Position numbers and translations under genes: made by a program
Shown here: one piece after another, positions 1 to 9,554 of the stretch
Layout of the letters: the number at the start of each line of letters is the position of its first letter
How positions within the stretch are numbered: position 1 is the stretch's first letter
The notes under the pieces: model-generated
Databases searched by the model: none
What the model was told of the DNA's origin: nothing
Seen by the model: only the letters and a program-made list of their open reading frames with translations
Assembly: GCF_025060375.1 (NCBI RefSeq)
Contig: NZ_JANXCG010000062.1
Location: 30,855 to 94,854, forward strand
DNA length: 64,000 nucleotides
Direction: 5' to 3'
Source: Meiothermus sp.
Lineage (GTDB): Bacteria; Deinococcota; Deinococci; Deinococcales; Thermaceae

Positions 1-2921
1 TCAACCAGCAGTGCCGGGAATGGGTCTTCGCCAACATCGAGGACTGGAACCGCTTCACCGAGCGGATGGGGATGTGGCTTGACCTGGAAAACGCCTACAT
101 CACCTACACCAACGAGTACATCGAGTCGGTCTGGAACCTGCTGAAACGGATGTGGGACCGGGGCATGATCGTCCGGGACTACAAGGTGGTGCCCCTTTCC
201 CCCCGCATCTCCACCACCCTCTCGCAAAACGAGATTGCCGACGGCTACCGGGAGGTAGACGACCCCAGCGTGTACGTGCGCTTCCCCTTGAGGCTGGAGA
301 CCACCCCCAAGCCGGTGCGGGATAGCCTGGAGGCCCAGGGAATACGCCTGGAAGAGCTGGAGGGCCTCGCCATCCTGGTCTGGACCACCACCCCCTGGAC
401 CCTGCCCTCCAACACCCTGGCCGCGGTCCATCCGGAGATGGACTACGCCCTGGTTCGCTCCCCCTCGGTGGGCTACTTGGTGCTGGCCAGCCAGGCGGTG
501 GAGCGGGTGGGGGCGCTGCGCAAGGAGGGGCTCGAGGTGCTCGCCCACCTTAGGGGTGCGGAAATGGAAGGGTGGGAGTACCTGCCCCCTTTTCCAGAGG
601 TGTGCGTGGAGCTGGGCGTGGTGAGGACCCAAGGGGAGCGGCGGGAGGATGGGAAGCCGGTGATGCACTTCATCGCCTTGGCCGAGTTTGTGACCGCCGA
701 GGACGGTTCCGGCGTGGCCCACCAGGCGCCTGTGTACGGGGCGGAAGACCTGGAGATAGCCCGCAAGTACGAGGTTCCTCTCCTCTTTGGGACCGATGAG
801 TACGGAATTATGCAGGTTACCGAGGAGCGGGGCAAGTTCTTCAAGGACGCTGACAAAGGCCTGATTCGCTCCCTGAAGGAGCGGGGCCTGCTCTACCACG
901 CCGGGCAGATCCGCCACCGCTACCCCTTTCACGACCGCACCGGCGACCCCATCCTCTACTTTGCCAAGCCGAGCTGGTACATCAAGACCTCCAACTTCCG
1001 GCAGGAGCTCTACGAGAACAACGAGAAGATCAACTGGATTCCCCCCCACATCAAGCACGGCCGGTTCGGCAACTGGCTCAAGGACAACGTGGACTGGGCG
1101 ATCAGCCGAGAGCGCTACTGGGGCACCCCGCTGCCCTTCTGGGTCTCCGAGGACGGCTCGGAGTACATCTGCGTGGGCAGTGTGAAGGAGCTCTCGGAGC
1201 TGGCCGGGAGGGACCTGAGCGGCATAGACCTGCACCGCCCCTACGTGGACGAGATCACCTTCGTAAAGAATGGAAAGACCTTCCGGCGGGTACCAGAGGT
1301 TCTGGACGTATGGTTCGACTCCGGGGCCATGCCCTACGCCCAGTGGCACCTGATGCTGGACGAAAAGGGCCAGCCCCTACCCGGAACCGAGGAGAACTAC
1401 CGCCTGTGGCGGCGCCACTTCCCTGCGGACTACATCTGCGAGGCCATCGACCAGACCCGCGGCTGGTTCTACTCCCTCCACGCCATCTCCACCCTGCTCT
1501 ATGGGGAGCCCTGCTTCAAAAACGTAATCTGCCTGGGCCACCTGGTGGACGAAAAGGGCCACAAGATGTCCAAGAGCAAGGGCAACGTGGTGGAACCCTT
1601 GCCGATGTTCGACAAGTACGGGGCCGACGCGGTGCGCTGGTACCTCTTCACCGCCTCTGAGCCGGGGGAGCAAAAGCGCTTCTCCGAGCGGCTCGTCCAG
1701 GAAGCCCAGCGGGGCTTTCTGGGCACCTTGTGGAACGTCTACAGCTTCTTTGTGCTCTACGCCAATCTAGACAGACCGAACCTACAAAGCCGTCCAGAGG
1801 TCCAAAAGAGGCCGGAGATGGACCGCTGGCTGGTAGCCCGCCTGCAACAGCTCATCGAGCAGGTTACCGAGAGGCTCGAGGTCTACGATGCCCGCGGTGC
1901 AGGCAAGGCCCTGGAGGCCTTCGTGGACGAGCTTTCCAACTGGTACGTGCGGCGCAACCGGCGGCGATTCTGGAAAAACGAGGACGCGGCTGACCGCGAG
2001 GCGGCCTATGCCACCCTGTGGGAAGCCCTGGTCACCCTGGCAAAGCTCACCGCGCCCTTTACCCCCTTCATCGCCGAGGCGCTGTGGCAGAACCTGGTGC
2101 GGTCGGTGGAGCCCGAGGCCCCTGAGTCGGTGCACCTGGCTGAGTGGCCTGAAGCAGACCCCCAGCTCAAAGACACCACCCTGCTGACCCAGATGGGGGC
2201 GGTGGTGCGGGTGGTGGGTCTGGCCCGGTCGGCTCGAGCGATAAGCGGTGTCAAGACCCGGATGCCCCTACCCAGGCTCCTGACCACCGCTCCCAGCGAG
2301 ACCGAACGGGAAGGGCTGAGCCACTTCGCGGACGAGATCGCCGAGGAACTCAACGTGAAGCAGGTAGAGGTCCTGGAGCTAGGCGAGGAAGTCCTCTCCT
2401 ACCGGGTGCTGCCCAACTTGCCGCTGCTGGGGAGGAAGTACGGCAAGCGGGTGCCGCAGATCCGAGCTGCACTGGCCGAGCTGGACGGCCGCATGGTGGC
2501 CCAGACGGTTAAGGCTGGCCGCAGCCTGAGCCTGGAAATCGAGGGTGAACGGGTCGTGCTGGAGCCCTCGGAGGTGCTGTTGGAAGCCCTTTCGCCAGAG
2601 GGTTTCACCGCCCAGGAGGAGGAGGGGTACCTGGCCGCCCTCGAGGTGCGCATAGACGAGGCGCTCTTCTTGGAAGGCCTAGCCCGCGATCTCATCCGGC
2701 TGGTGCAGCAGGCCCGCAAGGAGATGGGGCTGGCGGTTTCGGACCGCATCCACCTAACCTACCAGGCCCAGGGCAAGTACGCCGAGGCGCTTAGGCAGCA
2801 CGGTTCTAGGCTTCAGGAGGAGACCTTGGCCCTCTCCCTCCTGGAGGGCGAACCCGCCGGCTTCGTCACCGAGCTTTCCGACGAGGAGGGCACCGTTCGC
2901 TTTGGACTGAGCAAGGCCTAG
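1..2921 (+). CDS. ileS: Isoleucyl-tRNA synthetase (IleRS2-like), 5' end outside the window
   Basis: Frame is open from the window edge (..NQQCREWVFANIEDWNRFTERMG). Contains DWAISRERYWGTP, CEAIDQTRGWFYSL, KMSKS and LSNWYVRRNRRRFW motifs. Confidence 0.97.
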   Translation, partial: NQQCREWVFANIEDWNRFTERMGMWLDLENAYITYTNEYIESVWNLLKRMWDRGMIVRDYKVVPLSPRISTTLSQNEIADGYREVDDPSVYVRFPLRLETTPKPVRDSLEAQGIRLEELEGLAILVWTTTPWTLPSNTLAAVHPEMDYALVRSPSVGYLVLASQAVERVGALRKEGLEVLAHLRGAEMEGWEYLPPFPEVCVELGVVRTQGERREDGKPVMHFIALAEFVTAEDGSGVAHQAPVYGAEDLEIARKYEVPLLFGTDEYGIMQVTEERGKFFKDADKGLIRSLKERGLLYHAGQIRHRYPFHDRTGDPILYFAKPSWYIKTSNFRQELYENNEKINWIPPHIKHGRFGNWLKDNVDWAISRERYWGTPLPFWVSEDGSEYICVGSVKELSELAGRDLSGIDLHRPYVDEITFVKNGKTFRRVPEVLDVWFDSGAMPYAQWHLMLDEKGQPLPGTEENYRLWRRHFPADYICEAIDQTRGWFYSLHAISTLLYGEPCFKNVICLGHLVDEKGHKMSKSKGNVVEPLPMFDKYGADAVRWYLFTASEPGEQKRFSERLVQEAQRGFLGTLWNVYSFFVLYANLDRPNLQSRPEVQKRPEMDRWLVARLQQLIEQVTERLEVYDARGAGKALEAFVDELSNWYVRRNRRRFWKNEDAADREAAYATLWEALVTLAKLTAPFTPFIAEALWQNLVRSVEPEAPESVHLAEWPEADPQLKDTTLLTQMGAVVRVVGLARSARAISGVKTRMPLPRLLTTAPSETEREGLSHFADEIAEELNVKQVEVLELGEEVLSYRVLPNLPLLGRKYGKRVPQIRAALAELDGRMVAQTVKAGRSLSLEIEGERVVLEPSEVLLEALSPEGFTAQEEEGYLAALEVRIDEALFLEGLARDLIRLVQQARKEMGLAVSDRIHLTYQAQGKYAEALRQHGSRLQEETLALSLLEGEPAGFVTELSDEEGTVRFGLSKA

Positions 2922-2929
2922 GGCAAAAA

Positions 2930-2962
2930 CGGCCGAAGGCCAGGGAGGAAAACCTTCGGCCG
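2930..2962. terminator. GC-rich stem-loop downstream of ileS
   Basis: 10-bp inverted repeat CGGCCGAAGG/CCTTCGGCCG with a 13-nt loop. No U-tract on the + strand, so terminator function is uncertain. Confidence 0.35.
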
Positions 2963-3065
2963 CCTTGGTGTGCCTACCTGGGCGGTGGCAAGGCTTTTAT
3001 ACCCTCGATGCGGAGAGCCGACTAGGGAAAAAAGTCCCCATCTCGAAAACCAGGGGAAAAACCTA

Positions 3066-3071
3066 TATCCT
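3066..3071 (+). promoter_or_regulatory. -10 element (TATCCT) for a probable leaderless sufE transcript
   Basis: TANNNT lies 6 nt before ATG 3078, with no Shine-Dalgarno sequence. Confidence 0.55.
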
Positions 3072-3077
3072 GGGCGT

Positions 3078-3512
3078 ATGGCCGAGGAACGGCTGGCCCA
3101 GCTGCCCCCCAGGTTGCAAAACGTGGTCAAGGCTTTAGGAAGCGTGCCCAAGGCGCTCAAAACCGAGATGCTTCTGGAATTCGCCAGGAAAATGCCCCCC
3201 CTGCCGGAAGGGATGAAGGGGAAGCTCGAGCAGGTGCACGAGTGCACCACCCCCTTCTTCGTGCACGCTGAGATAAGGGACCGGCGGGTTCACCTCTACT
3301 TCGACGCCCCCCAAGAGGCCCCTACAGTGCGGGCCTTCGCAGGGATGCTGGCCGAGGGGCTGGAAGGGGAAAGCCCCGAGGCCGTGCTGAGCGTCCCGGA
3401 GGACTTCTACACCCTGGCCCGACTGGAGGAGGTGATCACCCCCCTGCGCCTGCGCGGGCTCCAGGCGGTGCTGATGCGCATTAAGCGGCAGGTGCGGGAG
3501 GCCCAAGGCTAG
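3078..3512 (+). CDS. SufE-family Fe-S sulfur acceptor protein
   Basis: QVHECTTPFFV Cys motif and EAPTVRAFAGML. Start moved from 2970 to ATG 3078. Confidence 0.88.
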   Translation: MAEERLAQLPPRLQNVVKALGSVPKALKTEMLLEFARKMPPLPEGMKGKLEQVHECTTPFFVHAEIRDRRVHLYFDAPQEAPTVRAFAGMLAEGLEGESPEAVLSVPEDFYTLARLEEVITPLRLRGLQAVLMRIKRQVREAQG

Positions 3513-3514
3513 GG

Positions 3515-4300
3515 ATGCGGATTACCTCCACCGCCAACCCCCGCATCAAGGCCGCCGCGGCGCTCAAGGAGCGAAGGGCTCGAGAGAAAACGGGGCTTTT
3601 CCTGATCGAAGGGGCGAGGGAGATAGGGCGAGCCCTTCAGGCGGGCCTTGATTTTGTAGAGGCCTACCGGGGAGAGCGCCTAAGCCCGGAGGAAGCTCGG
3701 TTGGCGGCAGCGCTGGAACCCCGGCTTCCCCTGATCCTGGCCTCTGAAGCCGTCCTCAAAAAGCTCAGCAACAGGGAAAACCCCGCGGGCCTGGTAGCCC
3801 TGGCCCGAATTCCCAAGGCCACCTTGGCCGGGTATACCCCTCCCAAAAACGCGCTGGTGCTCCTGGCGGTGGGGATAGAAAAACCCGGCAACCTGGGGGC
3901 CATCCTCCGCTCCGCCGAGGCCGCTGGGGCCAGCGCAGTGCTGGTGGTAGGGGGAACTGACCTGTACAACCCGCAGGTCGTGCACAACTCTACAGGAGCT
4001 GTCTTCAGCCTGCCCTGCTTCTCCGTAGACGAAGAGGAAGCCTGGGGCTGGCTAGAGCGGCACCAAATCCCCCTCGTGGCGACCACCCCCCATGCAGAAA
4101 AAACCTACTGGGAAGCTGAGCTGAGGGGCGCAGTAGCCCTGGCGCTGGGCCCCGAGCATGAAGGGCTGGGCCCCGCGTGGCTGGCTCGAGCCGCCTCACG
4201 CATACGGGTGCCCATGTGGGGCCAGGCCGACAGCCTGAACGTTTCGGTCACCGCAGCCCTCGTGCTCTACGAGGCCGCCCGTCAGCGCAACCTCAGATAA
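3515..4300 (+). CDS. TrmH/SpoU-family RNA 2'-O-methyltransferase
   Basis: IEKPGNLGAILRSA, LGPEHEGL and IPM..ADSLNVSV SPOUT motifs. Confidence 0.93.
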   Translation: MRITSTANPRIKAAAALKERRAREKTGLFLIEGAREIGRALQAGLDFVEAYRGERLSPEEARLAAALEPRLPLILASEAVLKKLSNRENPAGLVALARIPKATLAGYTPPKNALVLLAVGIEKPGNLGAILRSAEAAGASAVLVVGGTDLYNPQVVHNSTGAVFSLPCFSVDEEEAWGWLERHQIPLVATTPHAEKTYWEAELRGAVALALGPEHEGLGPAWLARAASRIRVPMWGQADSLNVSVTAALVLYEAARQRNLR

Positions 4301-5279
4301 GAACGCTCACCGATTGGTTGGTGTGCACCCGCCGGATGGCCTGGGCCAGGAGGGGAGCGGTGGGCAGGATGGTGTAGCCCAGGTCGGGGCTCAGCGCGAT
4401 GGTATCGGTAAAGACCACCTCCCGGATGGCCGGGTGGGCCAGGTTCTCGCGGGCGTTTCCCACCAGGACCGCGTGGGAGGCCATCACAACCACCTCCGGC
4501 GCCGCCCCTGCCGCCAGCAGGGCCTCCACCCCTCGGCGTATGGTGCCGCCCGTGGAGATGATGTCGTCGATAATCAGGGGGCGCTTGCCTGCCACATCCC
4601 CGATGACGTAGCTGACCTGGGTCTCTAGGGGTCCGGTGCGACGCTTGGCCAGGATGGCCAGGGGCAGATTGAGGCGCTCAGAAAGCCTGCGGGCCTGCTC
4701 GGCCCGACCTGAATCGGGGGAAACCACCACCGCGTCCTGGGTCAGCCCGCGGCCCTCCAAGTACTCAGCAAAAAGCCGCACCGCAGAGAGCTCATCCACC
4801 GGATGGTAGAAGAAGCCCTGAATCTGCGGGGCATGGAGGTCCACGGTAATCACCCGGTGGATACCCACATGCTCGAGCAACCCCGCCACCAACCGAGCGG
4901 TGATGGGCTCGCGGCCCTGGGTCTGCTTGTCCTGCCGGGCGTAGCCGAAGTAGGGGATTACCGCATTGATCCGGCCTGCGCTGCTGCGGCGCACCGCATC
5001 GGCCAGAACCAAAAGCTCCATCAGGTTGTCGTTGACAGGGGGAGCGGTGGGCTGGATAAGGTAGACGTCGTCCCCCCGGATGCTCTCCTGCAAGCGCACC
5101 CGCACCTCGCCGTCGGGGAAGCGCTCCACCACGGCCTCCCCCAGGCGGACCCCCAGGGCCTTGGCGATGGCCTCAGCCAGGGGCCGGTTGGCGTTCCCGC
5201 TAAACAGCTTGACCTGCCCGCCCCCCACCGCCTCCACACCAGGGGCAGGCCGCCCCTCGGTCAAGAAAGCTCCACCCAT
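4293..5279 (-). CDS. prs: Ribose-phosphate pyrophosphokinase
   Basis: FPDGEVRV, IPYFGYARQDK, DLHAPQIQGFF and IIDDIISTGGT motifs. GGAGG RBS before ATG 5279. Confidence 0.96.
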   Translation of the reverse strand: MGGAFLTEGRPAPGVEAVGGGQVKLFSGNANRPLAEAIAKALGVRLGEAVVERFPDGEVRVRLQESIRGDDVYLIQPTAPPVNDNLMELLVLADAVRRSSAGRINAVIPYFGYARQDKQTQGREPITARLVAGLLEHVGIHRVITVDLHAPQIQGFFYHPVDELSAVRLFAEYLEGRGLTQDAVVVSPDSGRAEQARRLSERLNLPLAILAKRRTGPLETQVSYVIGDVAGKRPLIIDDIISTGGTIRRGVEALLAAGAAPEVVVMASHAVLVGNARENLAHPAIREVVFTDTIALSPDLGYTILPTAPLLAQAIRRVHTNQSVSVLI

Positions 5280-5338
5280 ACCCCCTCCTAGCACCCACGC
5301 CTTCCGCCTCAGTATACCCAGCAAACCAGAGGGAAAGG

Positions 5339-7777
5339 CTAGGCCCGGGCTGCTGGCTGTACCTTAGACCGGCGGGCCTTTTTGGGGGCAATAGCCCGAG
5401 CGGTAAGGGCTGAAAGCCCTCCCACCAAGGCCCAATCCAGCACCTGGTCCAGATGCTCAGCAAAGTGGAACTGGAGGCTCTGGCGCAGGTAGGCGGGTAT
5501 ATCGGAAAGGTCGGGCTGGTTGCGCTTCGGAAGGATGACCTCGCGGATGCCAGCCCGCCTGGCCCCCAGAACCTTTTCCCGAACCCCTCCAATAGGCAGA
5601 ACCCGGCCGGTCAGGGTAATCTCACCGGTCATGGCCACATCATTGCGCACGGGAACCTCGGCCAACGCAGAGACCAAGGCCGCGGTGATGGCCACCCCTG
5701 CCGAGGGCCCCTCCTTGGGCACCGCACCCGCCGGCACGTGGATGTGGATGTCGGTCTGGTCAAAACGCTTCAGGTCAATGCCAAAGCGCAGCGCGTTTTT
5801 CTTGGCGTAGGAGAGGGCCGCGCGGGCCGACTCCTTCATCACCTCACCGAGCTGGCCGGTGAGGATGAGGTTGCCCTTGCCCGGCATCAGGGCCACCTCC
5901 ACAAAGAGGATGTCGCCTCCCACCGGCGTGTAGAACATCCCCGTCGCCATGCCCACCTGGGGCTCCCGGGCCTCCGACTCAGGCTGGTAGCGGGCAGGCC
6001 CCAGGTACCTCTCCAGGTCGTCCTCGCCGATGCGCACCCGCTTCTTGCCGCCCTCCAGAATGACCCGGGCCGACTTGCGCAAAAGGGCCCCAATCTCCCG
6101 CTCCAGGTTCCGCACCCCAGCCTCACGGGTGTAGTGGGTGATAAGCCGCATCAGGGCCGCCTCGGTGATGTGCACCTGGTTCTCCCTGAGGCCGTTCTCA
6201 TGGAGCTGGCGAGGCAGCAGGTAGCGCTTGGCGATCTCCAGCTTCTCCTGTTCGATGTAGCTGGTGAACTCGATGAGCTCCATGCGGTCAAAAAGGGGGG
6301 TGGGAATGTGCTCGGGAAAGTTGGCAGTGCAGATGAAGAGCACCTCGCTCATGTCAAAGGGCACCCCAAGGTAGTGGTCGGTGAACTCCTTGTTCTGGGC
6401 CGGGTCCAAAAGCTCCAGAAGGGCCGCCGCTGGATCGCCTTGGTAGGAAACCCCTAGTTTATCCACCTCGTCCAGCAGGATGACCGGGTTCTTGCTACCA
6501 GCCTGCCGCATTCCCTGAATGATGCGCCCCGGCATGGCCCCGATGTAGGTGCGCCGGTGCCCCCGGATATCCGACTCGTCCCGAGCCCCTCCCAAGGAGA
6601 TGCGGTGGTACTTGCGGCCCAGGCTTTTAGCGATGGATTTGGCAATGGAGGTCTTCCCCACCCCGGGGGGGCCTACGAAGAGCAGGATGGGGCCCTTAGC
6701 CGCCTCCTCAGGGGGAATCTCGCCCTTCTGCTGACGCTCGAGCTTGAGCTTGCGCACCGCCAGGTACTCCAACACCCGGTCTTTGACCTTCTCCAGGCCG
6801 TAATGGTCCTCGTCCAGGATGCGCTTGGCCTCTATCAGGTCGATCCTGTCCTCCGTGCGGGTGTTCCAGGGAAGGTTGACAATCCAGTCCAGGTAGGTGC
6901 GCACCACACTGGCCTCGGCCGAGTCAGGATGCATGCGAGCAAAGCGCGAGAGTTCGCGTTCAACCTCGCCTCGAACGCTTTCAGGCAGGTTGAGGGCCTC
7001 GATTTTCTGGCGGAACTCCTCCACCTCCATCTCGCCCTCTTCCCCGTGCAGCTCGCGCTGAATGGCCTTCATCTGCTCGCGCAGGTAGAACTCACGCTGG
7101 TTCTTGTCGATCTCTTCCCGCACCTGCTGCTGGATGCGCCGCTGGGTCTCTATGAGGTCGAGCTCAGCGTCCAAAAGGACGGCCACCCGCTTCAGCCGCT
7201 CGGTCACGGAGGGCTGAGCGAGGATCTGCTGCTTGTCCTCTAGCTTTAGCTCGAGGTGGAAGGCAATGTAGTCAGCCAGCTGCACGGGGTCTTCCAGGTT
7301 GAGGATGACCTGGGCCACCTCTGGAGGAACCAGCCTACCCTCCTTGAGGAGGCTCTCAAACCGCTCCCGCACCTCGCGGAAGAGAGCCTTGAGCTCGGTC
7401 TCCTTGCCCATGACCTCAGGCAACCGCTCCACCTCAGCCTCGAGGTAGCCTTCCTGCCTGCGGTACTGCAGGACTCGAACCCGGGCAAAGGCCTGCACCA
7501 GCATCTGGACCGAACCATCGGCGTTTTTGCGCATCCTCAGAATGTTGCAGGCCGTCCCCACCTCAAAGAGGTCCTGGGGGCCCGGCTCCTCTACCTCCTT
7601 ATCGCGCTGGCTCACGATGAGGATGACCCTCTCCTGGGAGAGTGCAGCCTCAATGGCCCGAATTGATATCGGCCGGCCCGCGTCAATGGGCATGACCATG
7701 GTGGGGTAGATGACCGAACCGCGCACCGGGCAGACCGGGAGGGCAGTGGGAATGGGGTGGTTGGTGGTCCTTTCCAT
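5339..7777 (-). CDS. lon: ATP-dependent protease Lon
   Basis: LON N-domain, Walker [14 protein letters not shown], catalytic KEGPSAG and PIGGVREK. Confidence 0.97.
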   Translation of the reverse strand: MERTTNHPIPTALPVCPVRGSVIYPTMVMPIDAGRPISIRAIEAALSQERVILIVSQRDKEVEEPGPQDLFEVGTACNILRMRKNADGSVQMLVQAFARVRVLQYRRQEGYLEAEVERLPEVMGKETELKALFREVRERFESLLKEGRLVPPEVAQVILNLEDPVQLADYIAFHLELKLEDKQQILAQPSVTERLKRVAVLLDAELDLIETQRRIQQQVREEIDKNQREFYLREQMKAIQRELHGEEGEMEVEEFRQKIEALNLPESVRGEVERELSRFARMHPDSAEASVVRTYLDWIVNLPWNTRTEDRIDLIEAKRILDEDHYGLEKVKDRVLEYLAVRKLKLERQQKGEIPPEEAAKGPILLFVGPPGVGKTSIAKSIAKSLGRKYHRISLGGARDESDIRGHRRTYIGAMPGRIIQGMRQAGSKNPVILLDEVDKLGVSYQGDPAAALLELLDPAQNKEFTDHYLGVPFDMSEVLFICTANFPEHIPTPLFDRMELIEFTSYIEQEKLEIAKRYLLPRQLHENGLRENQVHITEAALMRLITHYTREAGVRNLEREIGALLRKSARVILEGGKKRVRIGEDDLERYLGPARYQPESEAREPQVGMATGMFYTPVGGDILFVEVALMPGKGNLILTGQLGEVMKESARAALSYAKKNALRFGIDLKRFDQTDIHIHVPAGAVPKEGPSAGVAITAALVSALAEVPVRNDVAMTGEITLTGRVLPIGGVREKVLGARRAGIREVILPKRNQPDLSDIPAYLRQSLQFHFAEHLDQVLDWALVGGLSALTARAIAPKKARRSKVQPAARA

Positions 7778-7837
7778 CTGGATTCCTCAAGAGCGCACAG
7801 CGGAATTACTACTTTAGGGCCCTCAGCCCTCATCTGC

Positions 7838-7867
7838 AAGGTACATCTATGAGCCTAGTCTTGTCAA
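7838..7867 (-). promoter_or_regulatory. Sigma70-type promoter for lon
   Basis: Minus strand reads TTGACA (7867-7862), 18 nt, TACCTT (7843-7838). Confidence 0.55.
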
Positions 7868-7930
7868 GTTTAGTGAATCTACCTTTAGCAAACAGCCTGC
7901 CCAGGTCAGCCCCCAGAGGGTCCAGCCTGT

Positions 7931-8848
7931 ATGCTGGAGGGGATGCAAGGGGCGGCCCGAATGCTGTTCACGATCCTCCTGATTCTGGCAGGGCTGACCT
8001 GGGGGCTATCCATGTGGGGCTGGGCCTGGGGCCAGCGCAGCGGGGGCGGGGTGGGGGGCCGAGGGGGCTTTTCCGCGCCCCGCAGCCTGCCCTCGGTCCC
8101 GCGGGTCAACCCCGCCCCAACCCCCTCCTGGCCCCTGCCGACCCCAACCTACCCAAGCCCCAGACCGCCCATCTACGTGGCTCCAGGCACCGGCCCAAGC
8201 CGGGGGTTTGACCTGGTGGCCCTCCTGTTGATTGGAGGGATTGTGCTGCTCACCCTCTACATGGTGCGGGGCCTCAAACGAGCAGGCACCGGGGATGAGG
8301 AGGCCACGGTAGCCCGGCTGCGGCTTGCCATCCTCTACTCCCCCACCCTCCAGCAACGCTTGCGCAGGCTGGCCGAAGAGGCCGATACCGAGAGCGTGCG
8401 GGGCCTGGCCGACCTGGTGGACAACGCCGCGGTGCTCCTGCTGCGCGAAGCCCCGGGGTGGCGCTTCGGCCAGTACGAGGTCTGGCAAGGCCCACTGGAA
8501 GAGGCCGAGGGCCGCTTCGACGCCTGGATGAGCGAGACCCGGGCGGAGTTCGTGGAGACCTTCCAGCATTTTGAGGGGCGGAAGGAGGTGCACAACGACT
8601 ACCGACCCCAAGCTGAGCCCGACGGGCGGTACATCCTGGCCACCCTGCTCCTGGCGGTGCGGGGCGGGCTGCCGCCGGTGCCCACCCCCTTGCGCCGGGA
8701 AGGAGCCAAGGCCGCACTGCTGGCCCTCACCACCTCGAGCCCTACCAACACCCTAGCCAGCTACCTAGCCTGGACGCCCGAAGCCCCCGGCGAGGCGCTG
8801 ACCGAGGGGGAGCTGCTCAAGGGCTGGCCCCAGCTCGAGCTGCTCTGA
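7931..8848 (+). CDS. DUF1517-family protein (signal peptide, Gly/Pro-rich region, one TM helix); exact start uncertain
   Basis: N-terminal hydrophobic stretch, SGGGVGGRGGFS, a TM segment, then RLRLAILY..LQQRLRRLAEEADT..GLADLVDNAAVLLLR, which resembles DUF1517. Confidence 0.7.
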   Translation: MLEGMQGAARMLFTILLILAGLTWGLSMWGWAWGQRSGGGVGGRGGFSAPRSLPSVPRVNPAPTPSWPLPTPTYPSPRPPIYVAPGTGPSRGFDLVALLLIGGIVLLTLYMVRGLKRAGTGDEEATVARLRLAILYSPTLQQRLRRLAEEADTESVRGLADLVDNAAVLLLREAPGWRFGQYEVWQGPLEEAEGRFDAWMSETRAEFVETFQHFEGRKEVHNDYRPQAEPDGRYILATLLLAVRGGLPPVPTPLRREGAKAALLALTTSSPTNTLASYLAWTPEAPGEALTEGELLKGWPQLELL

Positions 8849-9299
8849 CCGCCTCCTCTATCGCCTCGTAAGGGGGCTCCTGGGAGGGAACCTCAGCCAC
8901 CCAGGCCCAGACCACCCGCCCCTGAGGCCCCACCACATAGGCCGCCCGCTGGGAAAAACCAGGCAGGCCCTTCAGGCTGATCTCCAGACCAAAAGCCCGG
9001 GTAGCCTCGCGGTTGTAGTCGGAGAGCAGGGGAAAACTCAGCCCTAGCTTTTCCGCATAGGCCCCCAGCGTCCAGGGGGTGTCCACGCTGATTCCGTAGA
9101 CCCGTGCCCCCAGGGCGTTGTAGGTGGCAAGCCCATCCCGCACGGCGCAAAGCTCCCTCTCGCAAACCCGGGTGTGCGCCGCCGGGAAGAACAGGAGGAC
9201 CAAAGGGCCATCCCCTGCGAGCTCGGGAAGCCGGCAGGGCTCTACGCTGGGAGTGTACACGACAACATCGGGCAGAAGGTCGCCTACCTGAACTGCCAT
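8817..9299 (-). CDS. Peroxiredoxin (AhpC/TSA, BCP-like)
   Basis: FFPAAHTRVCERELC (PxxxTxxC) and LLSDYNREATRAFG. Confidence 0.9.
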   Translation of the reverse strand: MAVQVGDLLPDVVVYTPSVEPCRLPELAGDGPLVLLFFPAAHTRVCERELCAVRDGLATYNALGARVYGISVDTPWTLGAYAEKLGLSFPLLSDYNREATRAFGLEISLKGLPGFSQRAAYVVGPQGRVVWAWVAEVPSQEPPYEAIEEAVRAARAGASP

Positions 9300-9305
9300 G
9301 AGGCC

Positions 9306-9311
9306 AGTTTA
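9306..9311 (-). promoter_or_regulatory. -10 element (TAAACT) for a leaderless peroxiredoxin transcript
   Basis: TAAACT-GGCCTC-ATG on the minus strand, no SD. Confidence 0.6.
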
Positions 9312-9479
9312 CCCCACATGCCCTGGGCCAACCGTGGGGTACTGAGGAGTGGCCCACAGCCCGCCCTGGGCGGTGGGGCTGGCCCTGGGAGGCTACGCCT
9401 TCATCTTCCGCCGGCTCGAGGCCGGGCTCCGGGCCGCGCGGGGGCCTAGGGCCAGAAAAAGTGTGCTACCTCGCATTCC

Positions 9480-9514
9480 TATAGTTGAAACCTCATTATT
9501 TTAGAGCTAAATAA
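9480..9514 (+). promoter_or_regulatory. AT-rich promoter/operator region of the anthranilate cluster
   Basis: TATAGT at 9480-9485 and palindrome TTTAG-AG-CTAAA at 9500-9511 in an otherwise GC-rich context. Confidence 0.45.
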
Positions 9515-9554
9515 AAAGTGCGGGCAGGGACCAACGTCTGCCTTGGGGGAGAGG

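Noticed and set aside
2941-3063. Three AGGG(A/G)AAAA-like motifs between ileS and sufE
   Set aside because: They are short, degenerate and irregularly spaced. They do not form a CRISPR array or a convincing operator set.
5453-6457. 334-aa + strand ORF and many other long antisense or alternate-frame ORFs (e.g. 10260-11063, 17566-18303, 24735-25736, 27436-28239, 30321-31109, 54188-55255, 58981-59760)
   Set aside because: They are shadows of well-supported genes. Stop codons are rare in off-frames at this GC content, and none shows recognisable motifs.
7868-7893. TTTAGTGAA..TTTAGCAAA upstream of lon as a heat-shock operator
   Set aside because: It does not match CIRCE (TTAGCACTC-N9-GAGTGCTAA) or HAIR (CTTGAGT-N7-ACTCAAG); it is only a weak direct repeat.
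8041-8160. G-run/C-run tract suggesting a G-quadruplex or repeat
   Set aside because: It is explained by the Gly-rich and Pro-rich coding segments of the DUF1517 protein.
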